Assembly: GCF_035594765.1 (NCBI RefSeq)
Contig: NC_085845.1
Location: 169,958,897-170,022,896 of the forward strand
Origin: Anolis carolinensis
Taxonomy: Eukaryota
Direction: 5' to 3'
Length of the DNA: 64,000 nucleotides
The notes under the pieces are model-generated. The model saw only the letters and a program-made list of their open reading frames with translations. It was not told the origin of the DNA and made no database searches. Position numbers and translations under genes: made by a program. Below, one piece after another: positions 36,540 to 50,444 of the stretch (position 1 is its first letter; every line of letters starts with the position of its first letter).

Positions 36540-37032
36540 GGGATTGTCGCTCACCTTCACGCGGAGGCCTTTATTTTTTTAAAACCACGCAGGGACAGAT
36601 GCAAGTCACGTCACCCCGCCCCACGGAACGTAACCCCGCCCACCAGCAACTCTCTACCCAGTTACATCTCGTGAAAGGCTGTACTCACCAAGTTCTAACC
36701 AATAGCACAGAGGGAAACCCTGACGTTCTAACCAATAGCACGGAGGGAACCCCGTCCTCGCCCCGCCTCCCGGCTCCTTCGCTGCGTTCCCTCACAGAGG
36801 GCGCGGTGACAGGCAGGCGGGTTCTCTGTGTGGGGGCGGCGCATGCGTGAAAGGCGCGCTCCCTTTTCTGCGCTGCCCTCCTCCCCCTCCTGTCAGTCGG
36901 TGGGCACCGTCCGAGCCGCCAAAAGCTTTGGGGCCCAGTTGGGCTTCCGTACCTCTCCTTCCCAACCGCCCGCTGCTTGGCTCTCAGGGCCTTTCTGTCG
37001 GCGGCGCCTTCCATTGTCAGCCGGCCAATGCC
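36540..37032 (+). promoter_or_regulatory. DESI1 CpG-island promoter and 5'UTR
   Basis: CpG-rich; GC boxes, CRE-like half sites, duplicated CCAAT unit, NRF1-like GCGCATGCG at about 36840. Confidence 0.75.
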
Positions 37033-37123
37033 ATGGACTCGCCTCCGATGCTGCACCCAGTGAAGCTCTACGTTTACGACCTGTCCAAGGGCATGGCTCG
37101 GCGCCTCAGCCCCATCATGCTTG
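37033..37123 (+). CDS. DESI1: DESI1 (deSUMOylating isopeptidase 1, PPPDE family) exon 1
   Basis: gccATGg [31 protein letters not shown]|gtaaga. Confidence 0.95.
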
Positions 37124-37824
37124 GTAAGATGCGCAGAAGGCCTTCGGAGTATCTACACTGTGGAATTAACGCAGTTCGACATCGCTTTAACTGCCATGGC
37201 TTAATGCTTATGGGATCATAGGAGCTGTAGTTCTACAAGGTCTGCCCAACAGTGCTGTGCCTCACCAAAATGCAAGGTTCCAGGTTTCCATAGCATTAAA
37301 AGGGTGTCAAACTGTGTTAATTATACAATGTAGATTAGGCATGGACAAAGTTGGGTCTTCCAGGTATTTTGAACTTCAACTCCCACCATTCGTAGCAGCC
37401 TCAGCCCCCATCCTTAAGCGGCTGAGGGGGCAAAGGAAAGGGCCTGAGGCTATTAGGAATGGTGGGAGTTGAAGTCCAAAACACCTGAAGGGCCCAATGC
37501 AGTTTGGCACCCTTTTAACTGCGGTGGCTCCATGCTATGGAATCCTGGAATTTGATATTTGGGGTGACCTCAGCACTCTTGGGCAGAGAAGGCTAAGGAC
37601 CTCACAAACTGAACAGCTTCTCCAATTCCTTTAAGGACCTCACAAACTGAACAGCTTCTCCAATCCTTTGAGTTGAGCCATGGCAGTTAAAGGGCTGTCA
37701 AAAAGCATGAATTCTACAATGTAGCTGTAGCCCTTCAGACTCAAAACAAACTCTTTTGCCTCATAACTGCTTACTTTTCTTCCTATCCCTCTTTGCAAGT
37801 AGAACAAAACTATATAGGATAGAG

Positions 37825-38318
37825 GAATGGTTCCTACACTTTTTTAAACCAGGGATCACTTGACCAGGGACCACTTGACCGATCAGGAACCACTCTCCAA
37901 CATTAGTACCAAAAGGGTTATGAATCAGTCTTTGGTCAACTTCAGATTTGGTTTGGTTATTTGGGGCACTGATTCAGAAAATTGCATTGGATAGACCACA
38001 TCCTGATTCAACTCAAAGGAACTGGAGAAGCTGTACATTTGTAAGGTACATCAGCTCTAGTTTCTGATACAGAACATATGCAATCCAGTAGTCGCCATCT
38101 GCTCGCCCACAGAAAACCATATTTAATAATTTAGAGCTGATGTGGTCTATCCAATGCAGTGTTCTGAGTCAGCACCCCAGTAATCCCAGGAATGGGCCTA
38201 AAATGTCACCAATAAAAATTGTTTTTGTTTTTGTTGGCCTGTGTTATTATCCGTAGTAGTAACGGTGAGGCTGCAGACCATATTTTAGTTCTTACGGACC
38301 ACAGGTTGGGAACCACTG
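37825..38318. mobile_element. hAT non-autonomous element
   Basis: Perfect 8-bp TSD ggatagag; right TIR ggttgggaaccactg. Confidence 0.8.
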
Positions 38319-41300
38319 GGATAGAGGCAGGACCATGACTCTCACTTTGAGTTGGTTAAAAAGGTTGATTGTGGGCACAGTGTCCACAGCAGGCATTGGC
38401 TTTAAGTATAATTTTCTCAAACCCACTGCCAAGGTGACTCTCTTCCAGACAGAGAATGTTAGGACTTGCTTAATCTTATCTTATATCAACACTCTAAAAC
38501 CAATAAAACCCCTATCGGATAGCAGTTTTATAGGAGGTAGCCCCTTTCCTGCATGGCAAAGAATAGGTGTTGGGGGACTTTTGAGACTAAGTTTTAAGTA
38601 AGGTGTACAGGCACCAGATCCCACTTGATCTTTGAAGCTAACCATTGTCAACCCTGGTTAGGTCTAGGATGAGAGGTGTTGTAGGCTTTCTGATTGAGTA
38701 TTCCTTATTCAAAATGCTTGGAACTAAAAGTGTTTTTTCTATTGGATTTTGGAATTCCTGTATTTGTATATATGTACATAATGAGATTATATTGGAGTTG
38801 GGGTCCAAGCCTAAACACAAAATTGATTTATGTTTCATATACACCATATGTGCATAGCCTGAAGATAATTTTATACAATATTAGTAATGTGTTTGTGCAT
38901 TGGTATAGCTTGAACCATCAGAAAGCAAATGTGTCATGAGTCTCAGAAACCCATGTGGACAAATGTGGAGCATTTTGCAGTTCTGGATGAGGGATTCTCA
39001 AGCAGTATTTCAGAGGAAGGAACTGACAAAAACACCTCTGAGTGTTCCTTGCTTAAGAACGCTTTCTGAAGTTTAAAGGGTCACATAAGCCGGCAGGCAA
39101 CTTGAAGGTGCACATGCACAGAGCTGTATACAGTGATATGGTATGCAAAAGGAGGACAATTATATTATAAATGCTGATCATATATTTTCAAAGGAATAGT
39201 TAGTGTAAATATAATGGCAACAAGAAAAGCACGAATCTGCTTTCTGTGACATTAAAGCACTTTCCTCCATTTATGTATGTGAGGCATACAGACAAAACCA
39301 ATTCCACTGCTAGTCAAAAGTGTGGTTCATTCATAAACCATTAAAATAGTAAAGGTTTCAATGTTGGTGATGTTTTCAAAAAGAATATACATAGTGTTAG
39401 AGAGGCAAGAGATTTATTTGGTTAATTAAAGGAATTTGAGGGATACAGGCACTTTGCAAATAGAAGAAGTTTAAAATATGTTTTTGACAGTGTAGTGCTA
39501 TGTATTATTACTTGGAAGGAAGTTCCTTTGATTTAACTGGGGTTTATTTAGGAACTTGTGGTTTCTTTTGGAATGACATGACTATAAAGTAGTCTTAAAT
39601 CTTCACAAATGGCAGCCTATGGTAAGGATCCCATTCTGCCAGCAGCGCGTTGCTCATTATATTTGCCCTCAAGTCCCTGTTGCTCCATTTGCCCCTTCAA
39701 AAGGGTCCATCTCTGCATACACTTTGGAAGCCCAACAATGGGACATGCTTGGAGCAGTGCTGAATCTAATTGCCTAACTCCAAAGTGATCTCCTTACTCA
39801 TTGTCTCATTGCCTTTAAAAGAGGTTTTAAAAGATCAGGATGAAAAAAGTACACATTCACACATAGTCCTGGCTGATGGAAAATGGCAGGTTTGTAGAAC
39901 TCTTATTTCTAACCCTAAATAGGAATAGTCTGCTGATTACATGAAGTAATACACTAATTAAATTATATGGCAACATTAATTTTGTTGCATATGCTAAATA
40001 AAACCATGCCGTTGTCTTACATAAGGAGTTTCTGGTTTGTTTAACTTTGATCTTGAATAAGATGATTCAATATACATCCTATAGAAATGATTATGTTAAC
40101 TATGGTTTAGCTTGCTATATATTGAAAGCCAATTCTTTATTGCTAATTTTTAAGGTTCTGACTCTAATTTGGGCAGGCAAGTAGAATTTCTGGGAACTTT
40201 CAGTGGGAGGATGAGATATGATTAATCGTCATTAAACTTTCCCATGAAAACCATTGCTCTGTTTCTGCTTTCTTCCTGGTTCTGTGTCTACAATGCTGAG
40301 TTTGCACTGTCACCATGACCAAGAAGTGTCCCACAACAAGCAACTCATTTAGAACCTCCCACACTGAACTCTGTTCCAATAAAGCCTAGGCCTAGTATTG
40401 CATACATATGCAACTTTATCCTTATTGTTTTTTACTTTCCCAACAAAGGATAATGAATTCAAAAGTTTCCCTTTCCACTAAAATTATTTTACAGGACTCC
40501 CAAACAGCTTGAAGAAAACATCTTGTGTAAAATACACCTGTTTCCTTTACACAGACTATACAATCTCTCGAAAGAACACTTCTCAGTATTTTCCCTAATG
40601 GCAAGATACGATTCTTCTTCTTCAGACAGAATATTTGCTGCTATTATTGTTGTTGTTTATAATATGAGTGAATGACAGTAATTTTTCTTTTTAAATTAGT
40701 CAAAGAATCTTTACACTTTGCTCCTATGTGTAAGAGTATATCCCAGTTGTTTTTAGTGGAACCTGTTACCAATGTCACAGGTACAGAAATGAAGCCTGAA
40801 CACATGTTGGGAACTGGGCAGGGGAAATATTCTTAGCATTTTCCTATACCCTGTTTCCCCGAAAATAAGACATCCCCTGAAAATAAGACCTAGTAGAGAT
40901 TTTGCTGAATTGCTAAATATAAGGCCTCCCCCAAAAGTAAAACCTAGCAAAGTTTTTGTTTGGAAGCATGCCCGCCAAACAGAACACCAGAGCATGCAGG
41001 ATTGGTAAATGTATGTACTGTACCATATATTGTTGTACATGGAAGTAATGGTAGTAACAAGAAATTCTTGATAGGATTCACAGTTTGTCTGGTTATGCTG
41101 GTTTGTGATGACAACTACTGTACAGTATATAATGAATGTTCTTTTTTTGTTCAATAATAAATATGAATTCTTCTTCATGGAAAAATAAGACATCTCCTGA
41201 AAATAAGACCTAGCGCATCTTTGGGAGCAAAAATTAATATAAGACACTGTCTTATTTTCATTACTTATTTACAGTAGTAGCATTTTAAAAAAAAAATCAC

Positions 41301-41946
41301 TTTCATTCTCTTTGGCAAGCCTAACCTCATCCAATGTGACACATTTATTAGAAAAATATGGTTAGTCAAAAGTAAATAAGAAGTAGTTTTACTGACTAAG
41401 ATTCTGTGATCTGGCCTTACAGATTACACTTTACCATGAATCATCATAATATAGCTCTATATATCAACTCACAAAAAGTTTACCAGCTTGTAACTTCAAT
41501 AGTTACTGCCATTCTGAAAGGTGGGGTAGGAGGAACAACTTTCTCATGATATTAGAAAATGTTGCTCTGCTTGATCATCTACTGTAGGTGGTTCACAAGC
41601 TAGTAAGTGTCTTTAAGGTTAGAATACATATATGGTTAATAGAGTATGTTTGGAAATAACTCAGCACATAACCTAGCTATTTCTCCAGTCAAACACACCA
41701 ATAGAGGTTGCATGTTGATACTAGAAACAAATATGATGGTGCCTCTAGGAAACCTGACACTGTTCGGTATCAGTTAAGATACATCTCCAAATTCTGGGTA
41801 TGAATCATTCCCTGTTTTGTCAGATGCCAACTCTAACATTTCCGATTGGGAGAGATTATATTGCCTTTCTTATTGTTTAGGAAAGGAACTAGTTAACTTC
41901 TCTATGTATAGCTGCTGATGATGATTTTTCTTCTTTCTTTACATAG

Positions 41947-41968
41947 GTAAACAGCTGGATGGCATCTG
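41947..41968 (+). CDS. DESI1: DESI1 exon 2 (22-nt micro-exon)
   Basis: catag|GTAAACAGCTGGATGGCATCTG|gtgagt = (G)KQLDGI(W). Human KQLEGIW. Confidence 0.92.
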
Positions 41969-43044
41969 GTGAGTAAACATATTTCAAATTATTTGGTGTT
42001 TAATACTTCTAATACAATGCCTGGGTTTTGGAGGTTAATGACAGTAGCATCTTCATTGTTCTAAGCATTTGATATATGCAAGGAAACTTTGTTTTTTACA
42101 GTAGGACTCTCACTCTACAATAGTAAGTGAACTAGCTTAGGATGTCTTATTCATTACATAGATGTAGGGTGGCGGCATTTAATTGCTTAATTAAATGGCT
42201 TTTTGGCTTTTAAAATTATTTGCTTAGTAATGGAGCAGGCTTTTGGCTTTTTCAGTGATGTACTTACTAATTAAGCTGCATTTTAATTGTTCGGGTTAAA
42301 AATAAAAGTGCTTAACATTGCATGTGGCAGGAACCATCTGAGAAGAGGCAAACTGACAACTGAGTGGGGAAAAGAATAGATTGGAGTGAATAGGAAAGGA
42401 AAAACAAGAGGAGGAATGAAACAAGAGGAGGAAACAATGGGAGGAATGATCCATTTTATTTTCCATATACCGTAGTTTCTTTCTTGGTTTATATAGAGAA
42501 AATTTTAAAATGTCCTTAAAGACTGAGTGAAAATTGTCTATTGAAATGAATAGGAGAATCACATTCTTTTATTGTAGCTAGCTAGCAGTGAGCACCATTG
42601 TGTACATGTTTGTGAATGCGCATAACAATTTGAAGTCAGAAATCGAGGACAGAAGACACAAAATGATTAAGATTAAGAGCATGCCTAGTGATTAAGAGCA
42701 TGCCTGAGAGATTATGAAAAACCAATGATTGTTGACAGAGGGATGGGGGCAGGGGGAACCCAGGGTAGAAAAATAGAATTATAGTACTGGAACCACTGCA
42801 ACATTTTGCACCTTACTTGTAACTATTAATACATAGAACAGAAAATACTGTGGCTAAAATAAGATGAAGCCAACAATGTTTTTTTAAAATCTAGTTCTTT
42901 AATAATATGTTGGACGAAAGGCTTTGTAGAATGGTAGAATCATAGAATCTGAGAGTTAGGAGTTATTTTTTTTTATTTCTTTTCTTATCTGTCTAGTCCC
43001 AGTTGTAACTTGTTTCTTTCTGGTCTTCTCCCCACTCCTCTTAG

Positions 43045-43114
43045 GCACACCTCCATAGTTGTCCACAGAGATGAGTTCTTCTATGGTAGCGGTGGGATCT
43101 CCAGCTGTCTTCCT
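43045..43114 (+). CDS. DESI1: DESI1 exon 3 (catalytic His)
   Basis: [23 protein letters not shown]. 70 bp. Confidence 0.95.
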
Positions 43115-43511
43115 GTAAGTATAGCAATCTCAGAACATATTTTCTATCCCTTCCTCTGCATCACTATAGATTTCCATTTTGTCCCCTATATAGAAAAAGT
43201 ATATTACTGCTAGAACATTATCAACTTCATGATCCAAAACTTTGAGGATCAAATAAAGCTTCCTATATGCTTCCTTTTCTTTCCTCTATATCATCATTCT
43301 GCAGATATAGCTTTACTTGTATAGTGGGTGAACATTAACATTTGAGGTTTTAAATTGCTTATCTTAGCTGGCCAAACTAAGTTTATCCTTAAACTTACAA
43401 TATTTTTCTTCTCTATAAGCTAAAATCTAGGTTATTTTTCCTCTTTCCTTCTCTTCCCCACCCTCAGGCTGCAAGGTTTCAGACACCTTCCAGGATTTGG
43501 TTACTATAAAC

Positions 43512-44020
43512 CAGCAGTTCTCAAAGTGTGCTCCACAGAGCCCTTAGGGCTCTGCAAAGCATACTTAGGGGCTCCGTGCTTTCCTCCTCCTCCCCTCTCC
43601 TCCTCCTTCCCCTTCAAGCTTTCTCTCCACTTTCCTGCTTCTCCCCCTCCTCCCACCTCCCTTGCCGCCAAAAGCCTTTTTTCCTCGCCTCCCTCAACCC
43701 CAAAAATCTGTTCCCCTGCCTTCTTTCCCCCAAAAGACATTTTCCTCACCACCCAGATCCTTTCTCCCTTTCCTTCCTTGCCTCCAAAACTCTATTTCCC
43801 TTCCATCTCTCGGGATGTGCTTTCCCTGCATGGCAGAAGGGGGTTGGAGTGGATGGCCCCTGGAGTCCTCCGCTGAAACACTGTTGAGTTTATGTTGGTC
43901 AAAAAGTTTGCCCATGCCTGATATATACATTACATATAATATATAAACATTTACTGGGGCTCCACAAGAAACTTATGCTTTAAAAAGGGCCCAGCTACTG
44001 AAAAAGCTTGAGAACCCCTG
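43512..44020. mobile_element. hAT (Charlie-like) non-autonomous element with pyrimidine-rich filler
   Basis: cagcagttctcaa...ttgagaacccctg; TSD ctataaac / ttataaac. Confidence 0.78.
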
Positions 44021-44133
44021 TTATAAACTATGCACAAGTTGTAGGAGGAGGATGATCAATCTGACACCATGATGTATTTCCCGTACAATAATGAGAAACT
44101 GTTCTTGGTGTCTTATGAATATACACTTTACAG

Positions 44134-44243
44134 GGTGGGACGTTGCTTGGACCTCCGGACACCATTGTAGACTTGGGGTGCACTGAAGTTTCAGAAGACC
44201 TTTTCCTGGAATACCTGTCCTCATTGGGGGAATCTATATTCCG
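44134..44243 (+). CDS. DESI1: DESI1 exon 4
   Basis: [37 protein letters not shown]. 110 bp. Confidence 0.95.
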
Positions 44244-45688
44244 GTGAGAATGCTGCTTAGTTTGTATTCTAATATTCTGTGAAAGATGCAGTAGCATGGA
44301 AGCTGCTTGGTACAGATCCCACAAGCATGCTCCTTTTAAAAGGAAAGAAAAATTATTTTAATTGAGCTGGAGTTACAGAGATTGCACTGCAGGATTGATC
44401 ATGGAGTCATTTTGCATAAGTCTTACTTCATCATCTTCTATGGAATCTCTTTATTAAAAAGATTGTGACAATATAGATAGGTTCCTTATGTAGGTGACCT
44501 GTATCCCTTACTTTTCTTTATCTCAAATGTTGTGAAGTCATGGATCGTTTCATTTCAGATATAAGCTAAAGATTGCTTAATATGAAGTATGTACTGATTT
44601 ATTGTTTCAATCCATTAAGATGTTTAAATGTAACCCATATTCTTCTTATACATAAAAGAGTAACAATGAATCTAAACTTGCTTAGTGGGTACTCATACCA
44701 TTAATTGCTTAATGACAGCACACTAGTGCAAAAGCAGAGGCCTTCCAGGTCTTTTAACAAGCAAACCTGATCCTGCTATACCCTTGAACCCCTCATGTAT
44801 CAGAGTGAACACTTGAATAGTCAACCATTACAGTGTAATTTATCATATATAGATAGACAGATAGATAGATATAGATAGATATAGATATGTATATGTATAT
44901 ATATCTCGAGTCTCTCCCCAATATATCTGCTAGCTCTGTCCTTTGTGTTTGCTGAAAGAATTTCCTCCAGTTGGCTGGATCAATAATAACAACAACAACA
45001 ACAACAATAATAACATTATTTTTGTACCCCGCCTCCATCTCCCTGAAGGGACTCAGTGCGGCTTACATGGGGATGAGCCTAGTCAACATAGTTAAAATAT
45101 AAAATATGAACATACTAAGTACACACATTGTACATAGAAGTGCATAAACAGTAAAATAAACACAGAGAAATAAAACATAACAAAATAAATAAATCATCAA
45201 ACCAACCCATGAGGTAGAAACGGTCAATTCCTAGGTATTGGTGCACAAGCTAGAGGAAGTCATTTTTGAAGGTAGAGCTAACAGGTAAAGTGCATAATCA
45301 GACATCAGGGATTTGGGTGGAGAACAATGTAACGTGGAGCATGATGTCTTGGATAGAGAACAATAGTAAAGTGCAAAAATAAGATTTTATGTGCTAGTGG
45401 GAGTCAAGTGATCTAGGGGATTGTCTAATCGAAGGCATAGTGGAACATTCTGGATGAACTCAAGGAGAGGCTGCAAAACTTGTCCAAAGGGTCCAAACTT
45501 GTCCAAAAACTTGTATGTGGGGGGTATATATATATCTCCAATGTATAATTTGTTCTGAAATCCACCACAATGGAAAGCAATTCCTTGTTAAAATCTATGA
45601 TCCTTTTTGCTGCATGTGGTTTGTTTCTGCTTGTTTGCTCATTCATTTGTTCATACATTCTTCTGTTTGAACTTCTTTTGGATCACAG

Positions 45689-45811
45689 TGGAGAGTCTTA
45701 TAATCTCTTTGACCATAACTGCAATACATTCAGCAATGAAGTGGCACAATTCTTAACAGGAAGAAAGATTCCTTCCCACATTACTGACCTTCCATCTGAA
45801 GTCCTTGCAAC
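45689..45811 (+). CDS. DESI1: DESI1 exon 5 (catalytic Cys, HNCN motif)
   Basis: [41 protein letters not shown]. 123 bp. Confidence 0.96.
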
Positions 45812-46872
45812 GTAAGTAGGGTCTCCTATTTATATGCTCAGGAAACATCACACATGGGTACACTAATATTATGCATGTCAAGTTTACCAACTTTGGCTCT
45901 TCAGAAAGTCTGAATGCATGGCACTGATTTGGGTCATTTGAAAAGCTGATACTGTACATCTTCCAGATTAGCCTGAGGAAAAATCAGTTGATACTTTTGA
46001 CATGGAGGTCTGACCATTAGAAAATCCACCACAATTGAATTAATTAATCTTCACTGTAATATTGACATATTGTTCACATTCATACATTACATGGATGCAT
46101 GTATTTCTGTCTTTATGAAGGGGTCATATCCTAAAAAAAGAAAAAAAATGCATTTCATTCAGTCTATATAAGAAGAAAGACTTTCCATCCCTCAAATAGA
46201 GGAAATCCCTTGTAATAAGAAGCACTTGCATGCCCTATGGGGGATAAACCTTTCCCTTTTGGTGCTGTGGGGCTTGACTTGGCTGGGAACTGAGTCAAGC
46301 CCCACAGTGCCAAAACAGCAGTACATCCTTAGTGAACTAAAGGTGCAGCTATTAAGTGGGGAATTGCAAAACCCCATTTTTGCCTTCCCCAAAAAGGGGG
46401 GGGGGTGCATGTATTATGTAATGAAATATGGTACCCATTTAGTGAGAGTGAGGGATATGCTTGTGTTGGCCTCCTTTGCTCTCTGTTTGCAAGTGGATGA
46501 GATGCTGTCCTGCCTCAGTTCCTCATGTATCTTGTTTACACAGCCCCCTTCTACACTGCCATATAAAATTCAGATTATCTGCTTTGAACTGGATTATATG
46601 GCAGAGTATACTAATATAATCCAGTTCAAAGCAGATAATGTGGATTATCTGCTTTGATAATATGGATTATATGGCAGCGTAGAAGAGGACTAGGACTGTT
46701 CCTCTTAAATAAGCACATCCTATGTCTTTGTGGATGTAACCTTGGTACTTGTGCTTCGTTCTTCACTAGATCAGCCTTCCTTTGAATTTTTATTGATAAA
46801 TTATTTGTGTGTAGAGCAGTTTGAACCCATAAACATCTTCTTCCCCTTCCTTTCATTTTATTGCTACTTTAG

Positions 46873-46966
46873 GCCCTTTGGACAAGCTTTGCGGCCTCTC
46901 CTTGATTCCATCCAGATCCAGCCACCTGGAGGAAATTCTTTCAGCAGACACAATGGACAAAGCTAG
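46873..46966 (+). CDS. DESI1: DESI1 exon 6 (last coding exon)
   Basis: [30 protein letters not shown]. Total CDS 510 bp = 169 aa. Confidence 0.95.
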
Positions 46967-49900
46967 CGGGCATATTGGGAAGTGCCTTGATTCACCACGG
47001 CATTTCTTTTTAAAACTCCGGTATACCAGATTCCTGTCTTTTAATTTCATGCCAGAGTTCACAGCAAGGTGGCATTTAAGACTTTCTAGAAAGAGTATTT
47101 ATGGGACTGCATGTGACATGATCCTGCCAGAAAAAATGATGATAAAGTCAAGTAGCATATTTACTTACTAAAGTTGTTTTTGTCTTGGTTCCCTTCAGAT
47201 GCTTTTGAAATTTTCACTGCTGAGAAACTGGGATTAGAAAGCTCATAGCATGACTAAGAGCAACATGGATGGCACAATGTATACTAGGTTTAGACATCCC
47301 TTTGCCGTACTGGCTTCTTTCCATTACCCTTTTCCCCAATGTATTTCTAGCAGATGTATCCCCAAAGTTGTGAGTTTTACAACACTAAAGTTCTGAATAC
47401 CAAGCCAATATTAAACTTGAATATTATTTTATAGGAAGAAAAAAGCTAAAAATATTCACTGTGAAATAATTTTAAGTAATGCTTCTGAAATTTGCAACGT
47501 AGTTTAGTTTGTCAATGGGAGTAAGCTCTATGGTAAACATAGGATGTATTTCTAACTCTAGATTAGTGACCACAAAAAACAAAAAGACCACCATCTGTCT
47601 TTCAGTATCTAAACTGAACCAGAGGGAGTCTTTGGACTCTTCAAGGCCATGTGCAATAAATCCTGCTATTCATTTGTAGACATGAATGAAGATACCTTTA
47701 CAAATCAGTTAGACTGGACATCTCACTCTGAGCAGGGTCTCTGTGTTATAAAGAAGGCAACTGTGTATATGGGTCTAATATGTCACATACCTTCTATCGT
47801 AGTTATTTCCTCAAGAGGACAAAACTGATATAATGGGCAGTTTAAATTTGAGGTAGAGAATAGGCTGCTGATAGAATGAGAATTACAACTCTGGAAATGA
47901 ATCCAAAATCAAAATGAATATCCACCATCGGAAGTGAAATTAGTTTAAGCAAGTGATTCAAAAATGAAGACTGAGCAGGTCTGTTCAAAAAAATCTGTGT
48001 GGTGCTTGGATCCATTCTTACCCAAATAGTTCAGATCAGACACTTACTTTTGTAAACAAAAAAAGAGATTGCCAGTCCAGGTTCAGTTTTGAATCTTGTC
48101 TATTTCAAAAAGTAGTGTCTTCCTTCAAATATCTTTACCAAAATATTGGAGGAGTTATTCAAGGACAGAAACAAAATAATAATATTACTGATTCTTGTTT
48201 ACCCTTCTTTTTAGTGAGCATGTCCAGAGAAGCACTGCAGAGCATTGGTTGGTGCCCCCTTTGATACTAGTTTGTGGAAGAAGACACCTTAAGACAGACC
48301 TTGCCACAACTGCAGCCTAATTCATTTTTTTGCATATGTTAATTCAATTAGCTTAGATGTCTTGATCCCTTTTCTTTTACAACCAGCTGATCTCCAGTGC
48401 TTCTGAAAGAGACTGGAAATTGTGCAGCCTTCCAAATGTTTTGGATAGAAAATACCAGTAGCTCTAGCCAGCACTGCCAGTGAAATGCTGGGAATTGTAT
48501 TCTAGAGAGCTGCATGATTCTTGCCCGTTTTTAAAAGTACAAAGTAAAAATGTCAATTTCTTGCTCATGCCTGGACAGAAGGCAAGAAAATCACTTCATG
48601 TTCAGATATAATATTAATACTTAACTTATACATACTAGTTTTAAATACTGAAATTTTCAAATATAAAATTTCATACTCATTATGTAAGCAGTTTACAATC
48701 TGGAAGTCCGCCGTTCTTTTAGGTTGAAGCACTAATCATGGATGTGGATACTGTACCTCCTGCCCCTTAGCCTGCCCTTCCTTTCCCCTTATGAAATAAA
48801 CCTAGAATATTCCTTGCTATAGCAAAGAGGAAGAAATGATATAAGGGCAAAGGAATATAATAGGAGGTAGTGCTGCTACCTCATCCTCTCTTCCTACCAT
48901 CAAAACCTGTGGACAGAATCTGTAGTTGAGAATTTGGCAGCTGGATATTATTCCTTTCTGATAGCCAGCAAAAAAGGAATATGGATAAAGATTGAAGTGA
49001 ATCTGGTTTTGAATGTGTTTTTCACGATGACATCTTCTGCTTGTAGAAACACCCCTGCCTCCTCTTTTCCCCTTAACTAGATTTCATGTGGATTTTTATG
49101 GTGGGGAAGAGATCAGCAGGTACAAAGTAATGTAATATCTTTATATAATTATCCTGCTGAAGTTTGTAAAAGCACTGAATGACTGGCTTAATAATTATTT
49201 CCTTCTATTTCTTACAGCCACGTCAACATTTTATATATTTACTTTTTTCAGATCTGCTGAACTTAAAAGGATCTACTTTCTAGTAAACATTTAGGATTGC
49301 AGCTATAGAAATGCCAGTTGGTTGATTTTTACTTACATATACCATCTGAAACATTCCTTCTGTCTGTTTTTCTGTGTGCAAACTTTCTTCAGCCGATTAA
49401 TACATCTGCTCAGCTGGAGGAATGGAAAAAGCCCTGGAACTTACTTGACCATGTTTCTTAGCACTTTCCTTTTCACAATTTTTAGAAAGTGCAATATGAT
49501 CCTATCCATGTTTATACAGAAGTGAGTCTTGCTGATTTCAGTGGGCCTTACTTCCAAGGAAGTGTACACAGGATTGCAGTCACAGCATTTTCATTTTCAC
49601 TGAAGGGAGAATTTGCCTCTTGCATTGGGCAATTTGATCTGTCCTCCTACTATTAATGAGTCGTTTACTATTCCTATGATAGGAAAGAGCTCTGTATTCA
49701 TTATGTGCAATAACAATTAGAGCCCATGTATTATGGGGCATCTTAGAAGAAGTGGCATTTCTAGACTGGCTCTCTGTTCAAGGGCACAAATTACCTAATG
49801 ATTACATCCCTTACCTTTTAACTTATGATAGTAAAGAGTCCTGTTTTGAAGAGATTGGAAAGGATGTTCATCTATACATCCAGCACTACACTCAGTCCCA

Positions 49901-50110
49901 TGTATTTATAAGTATGTACAAGTATAAGACATGTATATGTATGTAAATTGATGCATTTCCAACCTAAAGTGGCTGACAATAGGCAGGGGAACTTGAAAGC
50001 CCTTTTGTGAGAGCAGAGGCTTAGCCCAAATGGTAAGTCTGTCACTTCTGGGGGATTCCCTTTTCCCTGTTTTATAATTAAAATAAAATCTTTACCAAAA
50101 CCTGATTTAT
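46967..50110 (+). other. Probable long DESI1 3'UTR
   Basis: About 3.1 kb nearly free of recognisable TEs, ending at AATAAA 50082-50087 followed by a GT/T-rich tract. Confidence 0.5.
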
Positions 50111-50444
50111 TTGGTTTGTTTTTTGGTTGTGTTTCACTATTGGCATCTGTTTATCTTGATGCAATATAATCTGCACTGGTTTTGTGATAATGCTAGTAAC
50201 ACAAATAGATGGCAATTTAGTCATGTAAGTGGCTCTTACTTGGTATAGGAAGTAGAGCTGTGGCCTTTCACAGAACTGCTCAACAAGAGCGAAATTTTCC
50301 TGTCATTAGAGTATGAACCATAATAGAAAAAATGGGATTAATCTAAAATTTCTGCCTGTTCCGTTTTTCCAACTCTGTAACTGGGAGAAGGATTTTATCT
50401 GAAGTTACCATGTTTCCTGAAGGCATTTAGAAGATCTAGATGAT

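Noticed and set aside
43504-43946. Pro/Ser-rich ORFs
   Set aside because: Pyrimidine filler inside a hAT element.
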